Source of the DNA: Glaciecola sp.
Lineage (GTDB): Bacteria > Pseudomonadota > Gammaproteobacteria > Enterobacterales > Alteromonadaceae
Length of the DNA: 64,000 bases
Direction of reading: 5' to 3'
Assembly: GCA_034112105.1 (NCBI GenBank)
Contig: JAWUVZ010000096.1
Span: forward strand, 4,429 to 68,428
Under the pieces are notes generated by a model. The model did not search any database. It worked only from the letters and a program-made list of their open reading frames with translations, and was not told the origin of the DNA. Positions 40,306 through 50,520 of this stretch are shown here, one piece after another. Every line of letters begins with the position of its first letter. Within the stretch, counting starts at the first letter, position 1. The position numbers were made by a program, and so were the translations under genes.

Positions 40306-42876
40306 TTAGAAGTTATAAGTAAATTCAACGCCGTACTCTGCGCGGGCAGAAGGATGAATGAATGAACCACCGAATTCAGGTGCAGGAATAACTTCTTGTA
40401 GATACTGCTCATCAGTAATGTTTTTGCCATAAATTGCTAAAGTCCAAGCTTCAGCCTCGAGCGCAATACGAGCGTTTATTGTGGAGTATGACTCGCGTTT
40501 CGCGTTATCGAAGTTTTGTGGGTGTGGACCCGGTGGAACGCCTCCGCCAAGTGTGCCAAAGAAGTCCCAAATAGTAGGCGTCTGTTCACCTTGAAGTGTG
40601 TGGAAAAAAGTTTCTCCAGTATATTGATAATCAACTCGCGTAGTTAACCAATAATCATCAGTGACAGGTTGCTCATAGCTGAAGCCAAAGGTATATGTAG
40701 TTTCAGGTGATTGTGGCGCTTTGTTACCAACAGTCACAGGGCGATTACGGTTTTCCTTTATTTCTGAATCAAGTAAGCCTACGCCACCAAACACTTTGAA
40801 TGTATCGCTAATATCAGCTGTGAAATCTAGCTCAAAGCCTTGGATCGAAAGTTCATCGATTGTTGTTACGGCTCTTAATAATCCAAACGGACCAGCAAAA
40901 AACTCAAAAAATTGATTATCTTCAACGGTGGTTTTAAATATAGCGCCGTTAAGTCTGACTTTGCCATCCATCAATTTAGACTTGAGACCAAATTCAATAT
41001 TGGTTGTTACTTCTTTAGCATAGTCATCGGTTACCAATAATTTAGCGTCTACAGCATCACCAGGCGTCCCTGTGCCAGAGCTATTAAACCAAAAATCAAG
41101 AGTAGCTTGAGTACCTATTGAGTTAAATCCGCCACTCCTAAAACCAACGCCATAACTTGCATAAGAATTAACATTATCAGTTAGTTCATAGCTCAGAGTT
41201 ACTTTAGGTTGAAAATGAGAAAATGATCGGCTTCTATCTGGGATCCCTTCCGGATTAGCATTATATGCCGGGTTTATAGGTCCTATCGTATTTATGTTAA
41301 GTCCTGAAGATGAAACGTTTGGAACATTGTTAGATACCGTTCTGTCTTCATAGTCATAACGTAAAGCGACAGCTAACTCCATCTTATCCGAGACGTCATA
41401 TTCAATTTGGCCAAATGCAGACAATACTGAAGTATCAAAGGTGTCATCGAACAATAAGTCTGTTGGGTTCGGTCCTGTTGGCGGAACATAGGCTTGGCGA
41501 AGAAAACCTTGTCCTTGGTCTGCACCGTAAGCAACGACAACATCACGTTTAATTTCAGCGAAGTAGACACCTGCTATCCAGCGCAGCTCTGCGTCATTAT
41601 CATCAGAGGTCACTCGTAACTCTCCACTGAAGTCTGATTGACTGCGCTCTTGATACTGAAAGCCATCACAAGAAGTTGGCGTATATGGGCCATAAACGCC
41701 GGTAAATTCTACACCAGGAGGAAATACGCCAAAGGGAGCAAAAAATTCACCGAATAAATCAGACCTGCCAGCGCCACCTAACCCGGCTGGCGTATTGTTT
41801 AGGGTTGCGCGGTCTGTTTGGCACTGTGGGGTTAACTCATATCCGTAAAATGAGGCACTGGTGCCGTCAGATAATAAATATTCCTCCAAATCGTTATACG
41901 AGAGCACCCCGGTAACATCATAGCCATCGAGGTCCCAATCAGCTTTAAGAGAAAGCTCAGTGCTGTCTTGTTTATTCTCGCCTGGAACATTAAAAGCAAA
42001 TATAAAATCATGATCATTTACATTTGCATTGTAAGCAGGTTGATTAAATGCATTTACAAAAGAGGGCAGTGCGAATACTGCATTAAAGTTAATTGCGCCG
42101 CCTTCGACTTTTGATATTCCCGCACGAATGTCTAACGTAAGCGCATCTGATACATCCCACATTAATCGGCCTCTAATAGTTGTGTCTTCTAAGAAATCAA
42201 CAACATCATCTTGGCCAGTTAAGATATTTTCGTAATGTCCATCCATACTATTATAACTCGCAGTCAATCTGCCACGCATAGTGTCAGTCAGAGCACCACT
42301 CATTATACCATTGATGCGCTGGATACCAGCGTTACCGGCACCGACTTTAACTTTCCCTTCAAACTCTTCACTAGGTAACGTTGTTGTTACCAAAATAGCG
42401 CCAGCAACAGCATTACGCCCGTAGAGCGCACCTTGAGGGCCCTTCAGTATTTCAATTTGCGCTATATCAAGGAGTTCTTCGTTAAAGCTATTGGGATTGG
42501 TCATCAACACGCCATCTACTACGTATGCAAAGGTCGATTCAGCATCACGAGTTGACACGATACCGCGTATGTTTACTTGGGTATCTCCGACGTTGGCAGT
42601 ATCAACAATATTGACATTCGGTACCAGTGAAATGAAATCACCAGGACGTTCAATACCCGCAGTTTCGATGTCTCTAGCGGATAAAGCGCTGACTGCGATC
42701 GGGACATCTTGCAGACTTTCAGGTCGTTTACGCGAGATACTAATAATTTCTATGGAGTCTTCTCTTTCCGAAGCCTGCGATTCCTGTGCAAGCGCGCTGT
42801 TCGCGACGGCATATGAACCCGCTAACATAGATATAGCTACGGCGCTTCCAATTTTACTTTGGGTAAATCTACGCAT
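40306..42876 (-). CDS. TonB-dependent receptor (small-molecule type)
   Basis: Signal peptide, RKRPESLQDVPIAVSA, EILKGPQGALYGRNA plug, C-terminal YGVEFTYNF; ATG at 42876 with RBS overlaps the regulator stop. Confidence 0.94.
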   Translation of the reverse strand: MRRFTQSKIGSAVAISMLAGSYAVANSALAQESQASEREDSIEIISISRKRPESLQDVPIAVSALSARDIETAGIERPGDFISLVPNVNIVDTANVGDTQVNIRGIVSTRDAESTFAYVVDGVLMTNPNSFNEELLDIAQIEILKGPQGALYGRNAVAGAILVTTTLPSEEFEGKVKVGAGNAGIQRINGIMSGALTDTMRGRLTASYNSMDGHYENILTGQDDVVDFLEDTTIRGRLMWDVSDALTLDIRAGISKVEGGAINFNAVFALPSFVNAFNQPAYNANVNDHDFIFAFNVPGENKQDSTELSLKADWDLDGYDVTGVLSYNDLEEYLLSDGTSASFYGYELTPQCQTDRATLNNTPAGLGGAGRSDLFGEFFAPFGVFPPGVEFTGVYGPYTPTSCDGFQYQERSQSDFSGELRVTSDDNDAELRWIAGVYFAEIKRDVVVAYGADQGQGFLRQAYVPPTGPNPTDLLFDDTFDTSVLSAFGQIEYDVSDKMELAVALRYDYEDRTVSNNVPNVSSSGLNINTIGPINPAYNANPEGIPDRSRSFSHFQPKVTLSYELTDNVNSYASYGVGFRSGGFNSIGTQATLDFWFNSSGTGTPGDAVDAKLLVTDDYAKEVTTNIEFGLKSKLMDGKVRLNGAIFKTTVEDNQFFEFFAGPFGLLRAVTTIDELSIQGFELDFTADISDTFKVFGGVGLLDSEIKENRNRPVTVGNKAPQSPETTYTFGFSYEQPVTDDYWLTTRVDYQYTGETFFHTLQGEQTPTIWDFFGTLGGGVPPGPHPQNFDNAKRESYSTINARIALEAEAWTLAIYGKNITDEQYLQEVIPAPEFGGSFIHPSARAEYGVEFTYNF

Positions 42877-44740
42877 GTTGTTGTCCCTTTTTTTTATTTT
42901 CATGAATGAGTTTTAATCGTCGCCACAACGTTGTTTGACTTATTCCGAGAAACTGGGTGACGAGTTCCTTATTCCCGTTAAATTTATTCATTGCTTGTAT
43001 CACCAGTTGGTGTTCACTTTTAGCTAGCGCCCCTGCAGTCTCAATCTCCTTATTAGCAAACAATTCAGGTGCTAATTCGGTCAATAATTGAGTTATTTTT
43101 TTACTACCTATTTCTGGGTAAACAGAGCAATAAACTAACAATCGCTCTACTATATTTTCCAGCTCTCTGACATTACCTGGCCAATCATAGGTTTTAAATA
43201 TGGGGGTTAAATGAAGAGCAATACTCTCTATCGCTTCTATCGCTAGTTCGCCAAAGTTGAGTGCAATTAATTTTGATTTGGTGATATTTGCAATATCTTC
43301 TTTTCGCTCCTTCAGTGAAGGAACGTTGATACTTAATACATTGAGCCGATAATATAAATCGTCTCTAAATAATCCATTTTTAACCTGTTCAGCCAGCGGC
43401 CTATTGGTTGCAGCAATGATTTTTAAATTTAATTTAAATTCCTTATGAGAACCAATTGGGCGGTACGATTTCTCTTGAATTACGCGCAGCAACTTAGCTT
43501 GTTGAGGAAGGCTTAGTTCGCCTACTTCATCTAAAAATAATACGCCATTTTCTGCTTCATAAAGAAGACCATGTTTCCCGCCGCGCTTTGAGCCTGTAAA
43601 TGAACCTTCGACGTACCCAAATAACTCACTTTCGAATAACTCACTAGGCATAGCTGCACAATTAATCGCAACGAATTGACCCTCAGAAAATTGGCTCTTT
43701 TGATGAATACGCTTAGCAATCATTTCTTTTCCAGTACCAGACTCGCCTATAATCAAAACATGGCTAGGGGAGTGTGCGTACAAATCTGTGCGCTCGAGTA
43801 AATCGCCCATGATTTTTGATTGGTACACTATAGGTTGACTTGGTTTCGACTGCTTTGGAATTGAAGGGATATTAGGTGTCTGAGCGTAAAACTGATATAC
43901 GTCAAATTGGTGATTAACCATTTCAATCGTATCTTTATGAAACCACCAGTCAGTTTGATTTAATCTGCATTTGCCATCAGAAATATCTGTGAATTGACTA
44001 CTATGCAGGAGGTCTAGTATTTCTTGCTTGCTAGCAGAATCGATGGCGAATTCACTTTTTGCAGCTGCATTGGACGTCAGAATATTAGTGTAATTGTCTA
44101 CCATCAAAATTGGCGTTTTTGAATCTTCATTAAGCCAACGGTGAATAGCTCTCGAGTGAATCTGCTCTTTCTGTTTACGGCCGATTGTAATCGCTTCTTT
44201 TAAGATGGTCCTGCATGACTCTTTTGAATAAATTAAAAACGACTTTATATTATCTTGAGAGGCTAAACCGCAAACTAAACTAGCGCCAACAACGACATTG
44301 TCGGAGGATAATTTAGACAGTTGGTATATTTGCTTTGCTTCTTCTGCTGTTTCATATTTGCTGTGCTTGATGTTGATAGAGGTGTTTTGATTAAGCAGTT
44401 CAGCAAGGCCGCTGTAATCATCGAAAGTGATAACGTGTACGTCCTTATTCACAGTAGACGCTTTTAAAATCGCAGATACAATGTCAGATTCGGTAACGGG
44501 GATCGACAGTACAGGAACGCTAAGTGCCTTCTTTAGATAAGAGGCATTACTTCCCGCACTTATGACGACGTCAGGATTGAATAGACTAACGTGTTTATTA
44601 GCTTCATCAATGGTACCAACAATAGCATCTACTATTCGACATTCAGCGTGATCTTCCATGTCAGTTAATACACTGCTCAATAGCTGACTAAATTCCTTAT
44701 GCCCGAATATTAAAACGCGTATTTTGTTACTCTGATACAT
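42869..44740 (-). CDS. PrpR-like sigma54-dependent transcriptional activator
   Basis: PrpR_N-like region (DVVISAGSNASYLK), GESGTGKE Walker A, GSFTGS (GAFTGA variant), FLDEVGE, WPGNVREL, C-terminal HTH LGISQTTLWRRLK. Confidence 0.9.
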   Translation of the reverse strand: MYQSNKIRVLIFGHKEFSQLLSSVLTDMEDHAECRIVDAIVGTIDEANKHVSLFNPDVVISAGSNASYLKKALSVPVLSIPVTESDIVSAILKASTVNKDVHVITFDDYSGLAELLNQNTSINIKHSKYETAEEAKQIYQLSKLSSDNVVVGASLVCGLASQDNIKSFLIYSKESCRTILKEAITIGRKQKEQIHSRAIHRWLNEDSKTPILMVDNYTNILTSNAAAKSEFAIDSASKQEILDLLHSSQFTDISDGKCRLNQTDWWFHKDTIEMVNHQFDVYQFYAQTPNIPSIPKQSKPSQPIVYQSKIMGDLLERTDLYAHSPSHVLIIGESGTGKEMIAKRIHQKSQFSEGQFVAINCAAMPSELFESELFGYVEGSFTGSKRGGKHGLLYEAENGVLFLDEVGELSLPQQAKLLRVIQEKSYRPIGSHKEFKLNLKIIAATNRPLAEQVKNGLFRDDLYYRLNVLSINVPSLKERKEDIANITKSKLIALNFGELAIEAIESIALHLTPIFKTYDWPGNVRELENIVERLLVYCSVYPEIGSKKITQLLTELAPELFANKEIETAGALAKSEHQLVIQAMNKFNGNKELVTQFLGISQTTLWRRLKLIHENKKKGQQHA

Positions 44741-44796
44741 TAATGCATTACAACCTTATAAAGACTTGTTAACGATTTATTTACAAATCTTATTAA

Positions 44797-44813
44797 AGCA
44801 TGGTTCATGCCAA
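44797..44813 (-). promoter_or_regulatory. sigma54 (-24/-12) promoter of the catabolic operon
   Basis: Minus strand TTGGCATGAACCATGCT = GG-N10-GC, about 57 nt upstream of the activator start. Confidence 0.75.
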
Positions 44814-44886
44814 ATAAATAAAAAATATAAAGTAGTTAATAGTCATATAGTTAAGTGTTTTATTATGTGGAATTTAAAATATATTT

Positions 44887-44919
44887 TTTCAATCTGAAAT
44901 AGAATATTTCAAATTGAAT
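44887..44919. promoter_or_regulatory. Tandem upstream activator sites for the PrpR-like protein
   Basis: TTTCA-atc-TGAAA (44887-44899) and TTTCA-aat-TGAAT (44907-44919), 20 bp apart and about 75-105 bp upstream of the -24 element. Confidence 0.6.
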
Positions 44920-44924
44920 GTATT

Positions 44925-45308
44925 TTAGGGGGTTTCTGTCAATTGTAAAATTGCGCCAAATTGCTCAATAGGCGATATATCGCAAATTGGCCAGCCGTCT
45001 AAACCTTTTCTTTTAGTGGGGTAAGATAACTCGAGTTCTTGCAGTGTTCTATCAATAGAATGGGTGGCAAAAGAGATTAAAAAAACTCCCTCGCCTTTAT
45101 TCTCTAAGATATCAGCGACGACACCTTCACTATTTATAGGCTGCACCAATATCAATAAGCTGGCTCCAATCTCAAATCTCGCTGTTTTAACATTTCTTTC
45201 AGGTAGACTTTCAACAATGCCTTGTTGGCCTAACAGTTTATTAAAATAAACAATGGATTGATTTAAGTCAGCAACTACAAAATTTATATGATGAATATGA
45301 GTTAGCAA
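44925..45308 (-). CDS. VOC/glyoxalase-fold protein (methylmalonyl-CoA epimerase-like)
   Basis: HIHHINFVVADL, VKTARF, KGEGVFLISF; TTG start with AGGGA RBS. Confidence 0.78.
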   Translation of the reverse strand: MLTHIHHINFVVADLNQSIVYFNKLLGQQGIVESLPERNVKTARFEIGASLLILVQPINSEGVVADILENKGEGVFLISFATHSIDRTLQELELSYPTKRKGLDGWPICDISPIEQFGAILQLTETP

Positions 45309-45624
45309 AACAAAGTCCCTATATGAATTTGAGTCGTGAGAATAGTCATTAATAGCTGCCGTTTTAGCTTTAATGTGACTACCGTGATTTTACTACGCTA
45401 AAATAACCACCTGTTTTTGAATAGTAAAAGAGTAGTTTATTCATGTGAATAAATCAAAAATGAGTCGCTGCTTATTCGGTTTAGTTAAGTTTTCTTATTA
45501 AATATGACCAGGCTAAGTGTTACTTTTTGGGTCTTTGTTAAACATCGACAATGCAATAATTTTTAGTTTCTATCTATAAATTTGCTTACTTATCATGATG
45601 CTCAATCTGAGCAACTAAAAACAC

Positions 45625-45660
45625 TTGTCTATACAGAATTGTGTATGTATAATGCGCGCC
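45625..45660 (+). promoter_or_regulatory. sigma70 promoter of the rpsF operon
   Basis: TTGTCT-17 bp-TATAAT plus GC-rich discriminator gcgcgcc. Confidence 0.8.
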
Positions 45661-45678
45661 CTTGAAGTCAACATCTTA

Positions 45679-45737
45679 GTTCCTTGTCTCCATGTAGACG
45701 ACTTCACTACGCGAGACTACAACCGTAAGGAGCAACA
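45679..45737 (+). ncRNA. S6:S18 ribosomal protein autoregulatory leader
   Basis: ttccttgtctc...gagac-tacaaCCG-taaggag: hairpin that pairs with the RBS and has CCG in an internal loop, as in the E. coli rpsF leader. Confidence 0.72.
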
Positions 45738-46193
45738 ATGCGTAATTACGAAATCGTATTCATGGTTCACCCTGATCAGAGTGAACAAGTGCCAGGCATG
45801 ATTGAAAAATATACTGGTATCCTTGAGCAAGACGGCGGAAAAATCCACCGTATGGAAGACTGGGGTCGTCGTCAATTGGCTTACCCAATCGAAAAACTCC
45901 ATAAAGCTCATTATGTTCTTGTTAATGCTGAAGCAACTGCTGAAGCTGTAGAAGAACTAGAAACTGCTTTCCGTTTTAATGACATCATTCTGCGTAACCT
46001 TGTTATGCGCACTAAAGCTGCTGTGAGCGAACAGTCTCCAATGGCTAAAGAAGAACGTCGTGACGATCGTAGACCACCACGTGATGAGAAATCTTACGAT
46101 GCACCAGAAGCGCCAGTTACAGCAGAAACACCTGCTGCAACAGAAGCACCCGCTGCAACGCAAGAAGCTAAATCAGATGAAGGAGACGCATAA
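45738..46193 (+). CDS. rpsF: 30S ribosomal protein S6
   Basis: [30 protein letters not shown]; long acidic/Ala-Pro C-terminal tail. Confidence 0.98.
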   Translation: MRNYEIVFMVHPDQSEQVPGMIEKYTGILEQDGGKIHRMEDWGRRQLAYPIEKLHKAHYVLVNAEATAEAVEELETAFRFNDIILRNLVMRTKAAVSEQSPMAKEERRDDRRPPRDEKSYDAPEAPVTAETPAATEAPAATQEAKSDEGDA

Positions 46194-46420
46194 TGGCTCG
46201 TTTTTTTAGACGTCGTAAATTTTGCCGTTTTTCAGCTGAAGGCGCAGAAGTTATCGATTATAAAGATATACCTATGTTGAAAAACTACGTGACTGAAAGT
46301 GGTAAAATTGTTCCTAGCCGTATTACTGGTACTAGCGCTAAATATCAGCGTCAGTTAGCAACAGCAATCAAGCGTGCACGCTTCTTGGCTTTGTTACCGT
46401 ATACAGACTCACACAAATAA
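46193..46420 (+). CDS. rpsR: 30S ribosomal protein S18
   Basis: [36 protein letters not shown]. Confidence 0.98.
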   Translation: MARFFRRRKFCRFSAEGAEVIDYKDIPMLKNYVTESGKIVPSRITGTSAKYQRQLATAIKRARFLALLPYTDSHK

Positions 46421-46441
46421 GATTGGCAAAGAGGTAGCAAG

Positions 46442-46894
46442 ATGGAAATCATACTACTAGACAAAGTCGCCAACTTAGGCGGTCTAGGTGACACAGTCAC
46501 AGTAAAATCAGGTTACGCACGTAACTTTTTATTCCCACAGCAAAAAGCTGTTCCAGCGACTAAGCTCAACGTTGAGAAGTTTGAACAACGTCGCGCTGAG
46601 TTGGAAACTAAAATTGCTGAGCAACTAGCTGCTGCGCAAGCACGTGCTGATAAACTCTCTGCTCTTGAGCCAGTGACTATCGCATCTCCTGCTGGCGACG
46701 AAGGTAAGTTGTTCGGTTCTGTTGGTACTCGTGACATCGCTGATGCAGTTACCGCTGCTGGTGTTGCAATTACTAAAGCAGAAGTTAAATTACCTACTGG
46801 TACATTGCGTGAAACAGGCGAATTCGAAATCGATATTCAATTGAATTCAGACGTAATGGCACAAGTGAAATTGGTAATTATCCGAGAAGCTTAG
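46442..46894 (+). CDS. rplI: 50S ribosomal protein L9
   Basis: [20 protein letters not shown]. Confidence 0.98.
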   Translation: MEIILLDKVANLGGLGDTVTVKSGYARNFLFPQQKAVPATKLNVEKFEQRRAELETKIAEQLAAAQARADKLSALEPVTIASPAGDEGKLFGSVGTRDIADAVTAAGVAITKAEVKLPTGTLRETGEFEIDIQLNSDVMAQVKLVIIREA

Positions 46895-46935
46895 TAGCTG
46901 AACAACATCCATTTAGTGGATGAAGTTTATAAATT

Positions 46936-46963
46936 AAAAACACCGCATTGCGGTGTTTTTTTT
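46936..46963 (+). terminator. Intrinsic terminator of the rpsF operon
   Basis: aaaaacaccgc-att-gcggtgttttt followed by additional Ts. Confidence 0.9.
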
Positions 46964-47434
46964 GTCTAGAATAAACTGACTAAAGGTCATTGCTCCTTTT
47001 GGGCTTAGCTAGACCCGTAATTGGCTTATTCTTATCTGCTTGTCTAGTTAACCTGCAAATATTGGTTAACATGGATTAGTTTAAAAGAAAGGGATGGATT
47101 AAATCTATTGTGTGAATGACATAACCACCAGTTTAGCCTATGTAAGTACTGTATAAATGAACGCATAATGATTAGTACATAGGATGCAACTGTTTGTTGC
47201 ACTTTGGGCTGGACTTATCATTTATTCTTATTGCTGGGTTATTTTCCCAAATGGAAGGTGACCGACTATAAGTAATAGGTATTGTTGCGCATAAAAAAGC
47301 AAAATGGCTGTTGGCTTGATATCGATCTGCTTTCGACGCACTATTATTGTTTATTTGTGCAAGTTTGAATTGGTGATGTTGGCCAAATTATTCACACCAG
47401 CATATTGTTATTACCCAACTGAAGGAATATTTAG

Positions 47435-48619
47435 ATGAAAGAAGCCGTAATCGTCTCTACCGCCCGCACACCAATTGGTCGTGCTTTTCGTGGTGCGTTC
47501 AATAATATTAAATCACCTACCATGACAGCCCATGCAATAAAGCATGCAGTCGAGCGCTCTGGTGTTGATGGTGGCGAAATTGATGATGTGATTATTGGTT
47601 CCGTATTGAATGCAGGTAGTGCAGGCTCTAACGTTGCTCGGTTGGCTGCCTTAGCTGCTGGATTACCTTATTCTGCCTCAGGTCAAACAATTGACCGTCA
47701 ATGTTCATCGGGCTTGATGGCTATTGCCACTGCCGCTAAACAAGTCATTGTTGATGGTATGGATGTGGTGGTTGCAGGTGGTCAAGAAAATATTTCTGAA
47801 ATTCAAGCAAAGTATTTTGAATGGGTGAGCCAATGTGTAGACAAGAATGTTACTGACAAAGCTCCAAATGCTTATATGCCAATGCTATTGACAGCAGAGC
47901 ATGTGGCTAAGAAATTTAATATTTCTCGCGAAGCTCAAGACGAATATGCATTAATGTCGCAACAACGCACCGCAGCGGCACAAGCTGCTGGTAAGTTTGA
48001 TGACGAAATAGTGCCAATGACTTCAACTATGGGCATTATGGATAAGGAAACAAAAGAAGTTTCATTTAAAGAAGTCAGATTAGAAAAAGACGAAGGCAAC
48101 CGTCCTGCAACGACATTAGAAAGTCTGCAAGGTTTGAAGACAGTTATAGATGGCGGTTGCATTACAGGAGGCAATGCAAGTCAATTGTCTGATGGTGCTT
48201 CTGCATGTGTGGTTATGGAAGCCAAAATGGCAGAAAAACGCGGCTTGGCTCCGCTAGGTATTTATCGCGGTATGATGGTTGCGGGTAATGAACCTGAAGA
48301 AATGGGTATAGGTCCAATTTACGCTATCCCTAAGCTACTTAAAGTTCATGGACTGAGCATCAACGATATTGGCTTGTGGGAATTAAATGAAGCTTTTGCT
48401 TGCCAAGCATTATATTGCAGAGACAAGCTAGGCATTGATCCTGATATCTATAATGTTAATGGTGGCGCAATTTCAATCGGTCATCCTTATGGAATGACCG
48501 GTGCAAGAGCAGTTGGCCATGCACTAATTGAAGGTAAACGTCGCGGTGTTAAGTATGTTGTTGTTACTATGTGTGTTGGCGGTGGTATGGGGGCTGCGGG
48601 CTTATTTGAAATCGCATAA
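47435..48619 (+). CDS. Acetyl-CoA C-acyltransferase (thiolase)
   Basis: RQCSSGL catalytic Cys, NEAFA, GHPYG, CVGGGMG. Confidence 0.95.
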   Translation: MKEAVIVSTARTPIGRAFRGAFNNIKSPTMTAHAIKHAVERSGVDGGEIDDVIIGSVLNAGSAGSNVARLAALAAGLPYSASGQTIDRQCSSGLMAIATAAKQVIVDGMDVVVAGGQENISEIQAKYFEWVSQCVDKNVTDKAPNAYMPMLLTAEHVAKKFNISREAQDEYALMSQQRTAAAQAAGKFDDEIVPMTSTMGIMDKETKEVSFKEVRLEKDEGNRPATTLESLQGLKTVIDGGCITGGNASQLSDGASACVVMEAKMAEKRGLAPLGIYRGMMVAGNEPEEMGIGPIYAIPKLLKVHGLSINDIGLWELNEAFACQALYCRDKLGIDPDIYNVNGGAISIGHPYGMTGARAVGHALIEGKRRGVKYVVVTMCVGGGMGAAGLFEIA

Positions 48620-48659
48620 CACCTATTAATCCGCAAATACGTTGCGTTAATTTGGTTGT

Positions 48660-48700
48660 AAACCCCTACAAGTTAAAAACTTTTAGGGGTTTTCTTTTTT
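48660..48700 (+). terminator. Intrinsic terminator after the thiolase gene
   Basis: aaacccctacaagtt...aacttttaggggttt stem followed by a T run. Confidence 0.7.
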
Positions 48701-48842
48701 TAGGGAGTATCATTTAGTATCTCGGCTCTGACATTCCTCAAGTTCTAAATTATTGAAAAAAATATTAAAAGTGTAACAACTATAATATATAATAAAATCA
48801 ATATAGTAAGCTATGTTACATGTAACTAGGAATATTTAAAAA

Positions 48843-49322
48843 ATGAAAATACTCTACATATGCACACATAACAGATGTCGGAGCATTTTATCTGAAGCGA
48901 TCACGAATGACTTGGCCAGTGACAGCATTGAGGCTAGAAGTGCGGGTAGTCAGCCTGCTGGGATCGTCCATCCGCTTTCACTGACGTATTTAAAGCAGGC
49001 AGGGTATTTGACCCAAGGTTTGCAGAGTCAGTCTTGGGATGACTTTGAAGACTTCCATCCTGATGTTGTTGTCACTGTTTGCGACTCTGCGGCAGGTGAG
49101 ACTTGTCCTGTCTATTTTACTAACAGCATAAAAGTACATTGGGGACTGAGTGACCCGTCAAAAGTAGAAGGTGACGAAGCGGCAGTAGAGAAGGCATTCT
49201 TAGCCTGTATTGACAAAATAGCAGTGCGAGTAAAAAAATTAAAAAGTATTGCCGATAGTAGATTTAATAAAGCTGAACTCAAAGTCGCCCTTACCAATTT
49301 GATTAACGACGGTAATCTCTAA
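48843..49322 (+). CDS. arsC: Arsenate reductase (LMW-PTP fold, thioredoxin type)
   Basis: CTHNRCRS (CX5R), [20 protein letters not shown]; coupled to acr3. Confidence 0.92.
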   Translation: MKILYICTHNRCRSILSEAITNDLASDSIEARSAGSQPAGIVHPLSLTYLKQAGYLTQGLQSQSWDDFEDFHPDVVVTVCDSAAGETCPVYFTNSIKVHWGLSDPSKVEGDEAAVEKAFLACIDKIAVRVKKLKSIADSRFNKAELKVALTNLINDGNL

Positions 49323-50338
49323 TGGGTCTATTTGAACGTTATTTATCTGTATGGGTAGGACTTGCCATTATTGTCGGTATTTTTGCGGGTACGATGATGC
49401 CTAATGCTTTCGCCATAATCGCAGAATTTGAATTTGCTCATGTTAATATTGTTATCGCCATTCTGATTTGGTTAATGATTTACCCCATGATGGTACAGAT
49501 TGATTTTACATCTATTAAAGATGTAGGGAAAAAGCCAAAAGGCTTGATCCTAACGTTGGTCATCAATTGGTTGATTAAGCCGTTTACTATGGCTTTTCTT
49601 GGTTGGCTGTTTTTTAAAGTACTGTTTGCCGATTGGGTTGACCCTGAAACAGCAACGGAATACATTGCAGGGATGATTTTGCTTGGTGTTGCGCCCTGCA
49701 CAGCGATGGTATTTGTATGGAGCCAATTGACTAAAGGCGACCCTAACTACACTTTAGTACAAGTTTCTATAAACGATGTAATCATGATTTTTGCTTTTGC
49801 CCCAATTGCTGGGTTTTTGCTTGGTATGACCAATATTACGGTGCCCTGGGACACGCTTTTACTATCAGTAGTGCTATATGTCCTAGTGCCTCTCATCGCG
49901 GGGGCGTTTACGCGCAAAAAATTAGATAATGGCAATGACCATTCAAAGTTGAACGAATTTCTCAGTAAAATAAAACCGTGGTCAATATTAGGATTGCTGG
50001 CGACAGTGACATTGTTATTTGGGTTTCAGGCTGAGACCATATTATCAAAACCTGAAGCGATCGTGCTTATTGCCATTCCATTACTTATTCAAACTTACGG
50101 TATATTTGCTCTTGCATATTGGTTAGCAAAACGTATGAAACTACCGCACAATGTTGCTGCTCCCGCCTGTATGATTGGTACGTCAAACTTCTTTGAATTG
50201 GCCGTAGCTGTTGCAATATCCTTATTTGGCCTGCATTCAGGCGCTGCACTTGCTACGGTTGTTGGTGTGTTAGTTGAAGTACCTGTTATGTTGTCGTTGG
50301 TCTGGTTTGTTAATCGCACTCGACATTGGTTTGCGTAA
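49322..50338 (+). CDS. acr3: Acr3 family arsenite efflux transporter
   Basis: [49 protein letters not shown]. Confidence 0.95.
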   Translation: MGLFERYLSVWVGLAIIVGIFAGTMMPNAFAIIAEFEFAHVNIVIAILIWLMIYPMMVQIDFTSIKDVGKKPKGLILTLVINWLIKPFTMAFLGWLFFKVLFADWVDPETATEYIAGMILLGVAPCTAMVFVWSQLTKGDPNYTLVQVSINDVIMIFAFAPIAGFLLGMTNITVPWDTLLLSVVLYVLVPLIAGAFTRKKLDNGNDHSKLNEFLSKIKPWSILGLLATVTLLFGFQAETILSKPEAIVLIAIPLLIQTYGIFALAYWLAKRMKLPHNVAAPACMIGTSNFFELAVAVAISLFGLHSGAALATVVGVLVEVPVMLSLVWFVNRTRHWFA

Positions 50339-50520
50339 AATTTACTGTAAATAAATTGAGCATCATTGGGTGGCATTCCTACTAGTATAAATAAAAAATA
50401 AATGACGGACTTATCCATAATAATGGTTTGTTCTTCGTCTCTGCAAAGTGTTGGTATGGTCAGAGTGATAAATAGCCTGTATAGGAAGTGAAAATAAAAC
50501 GAGACAAAAAAGAGAACAAA

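Noticed and set aside
47147-47166. Functional LexA box as a feature
   Set aside because: The right half-site reads CGC instead of the essential CAG; kept only as a speculative finding
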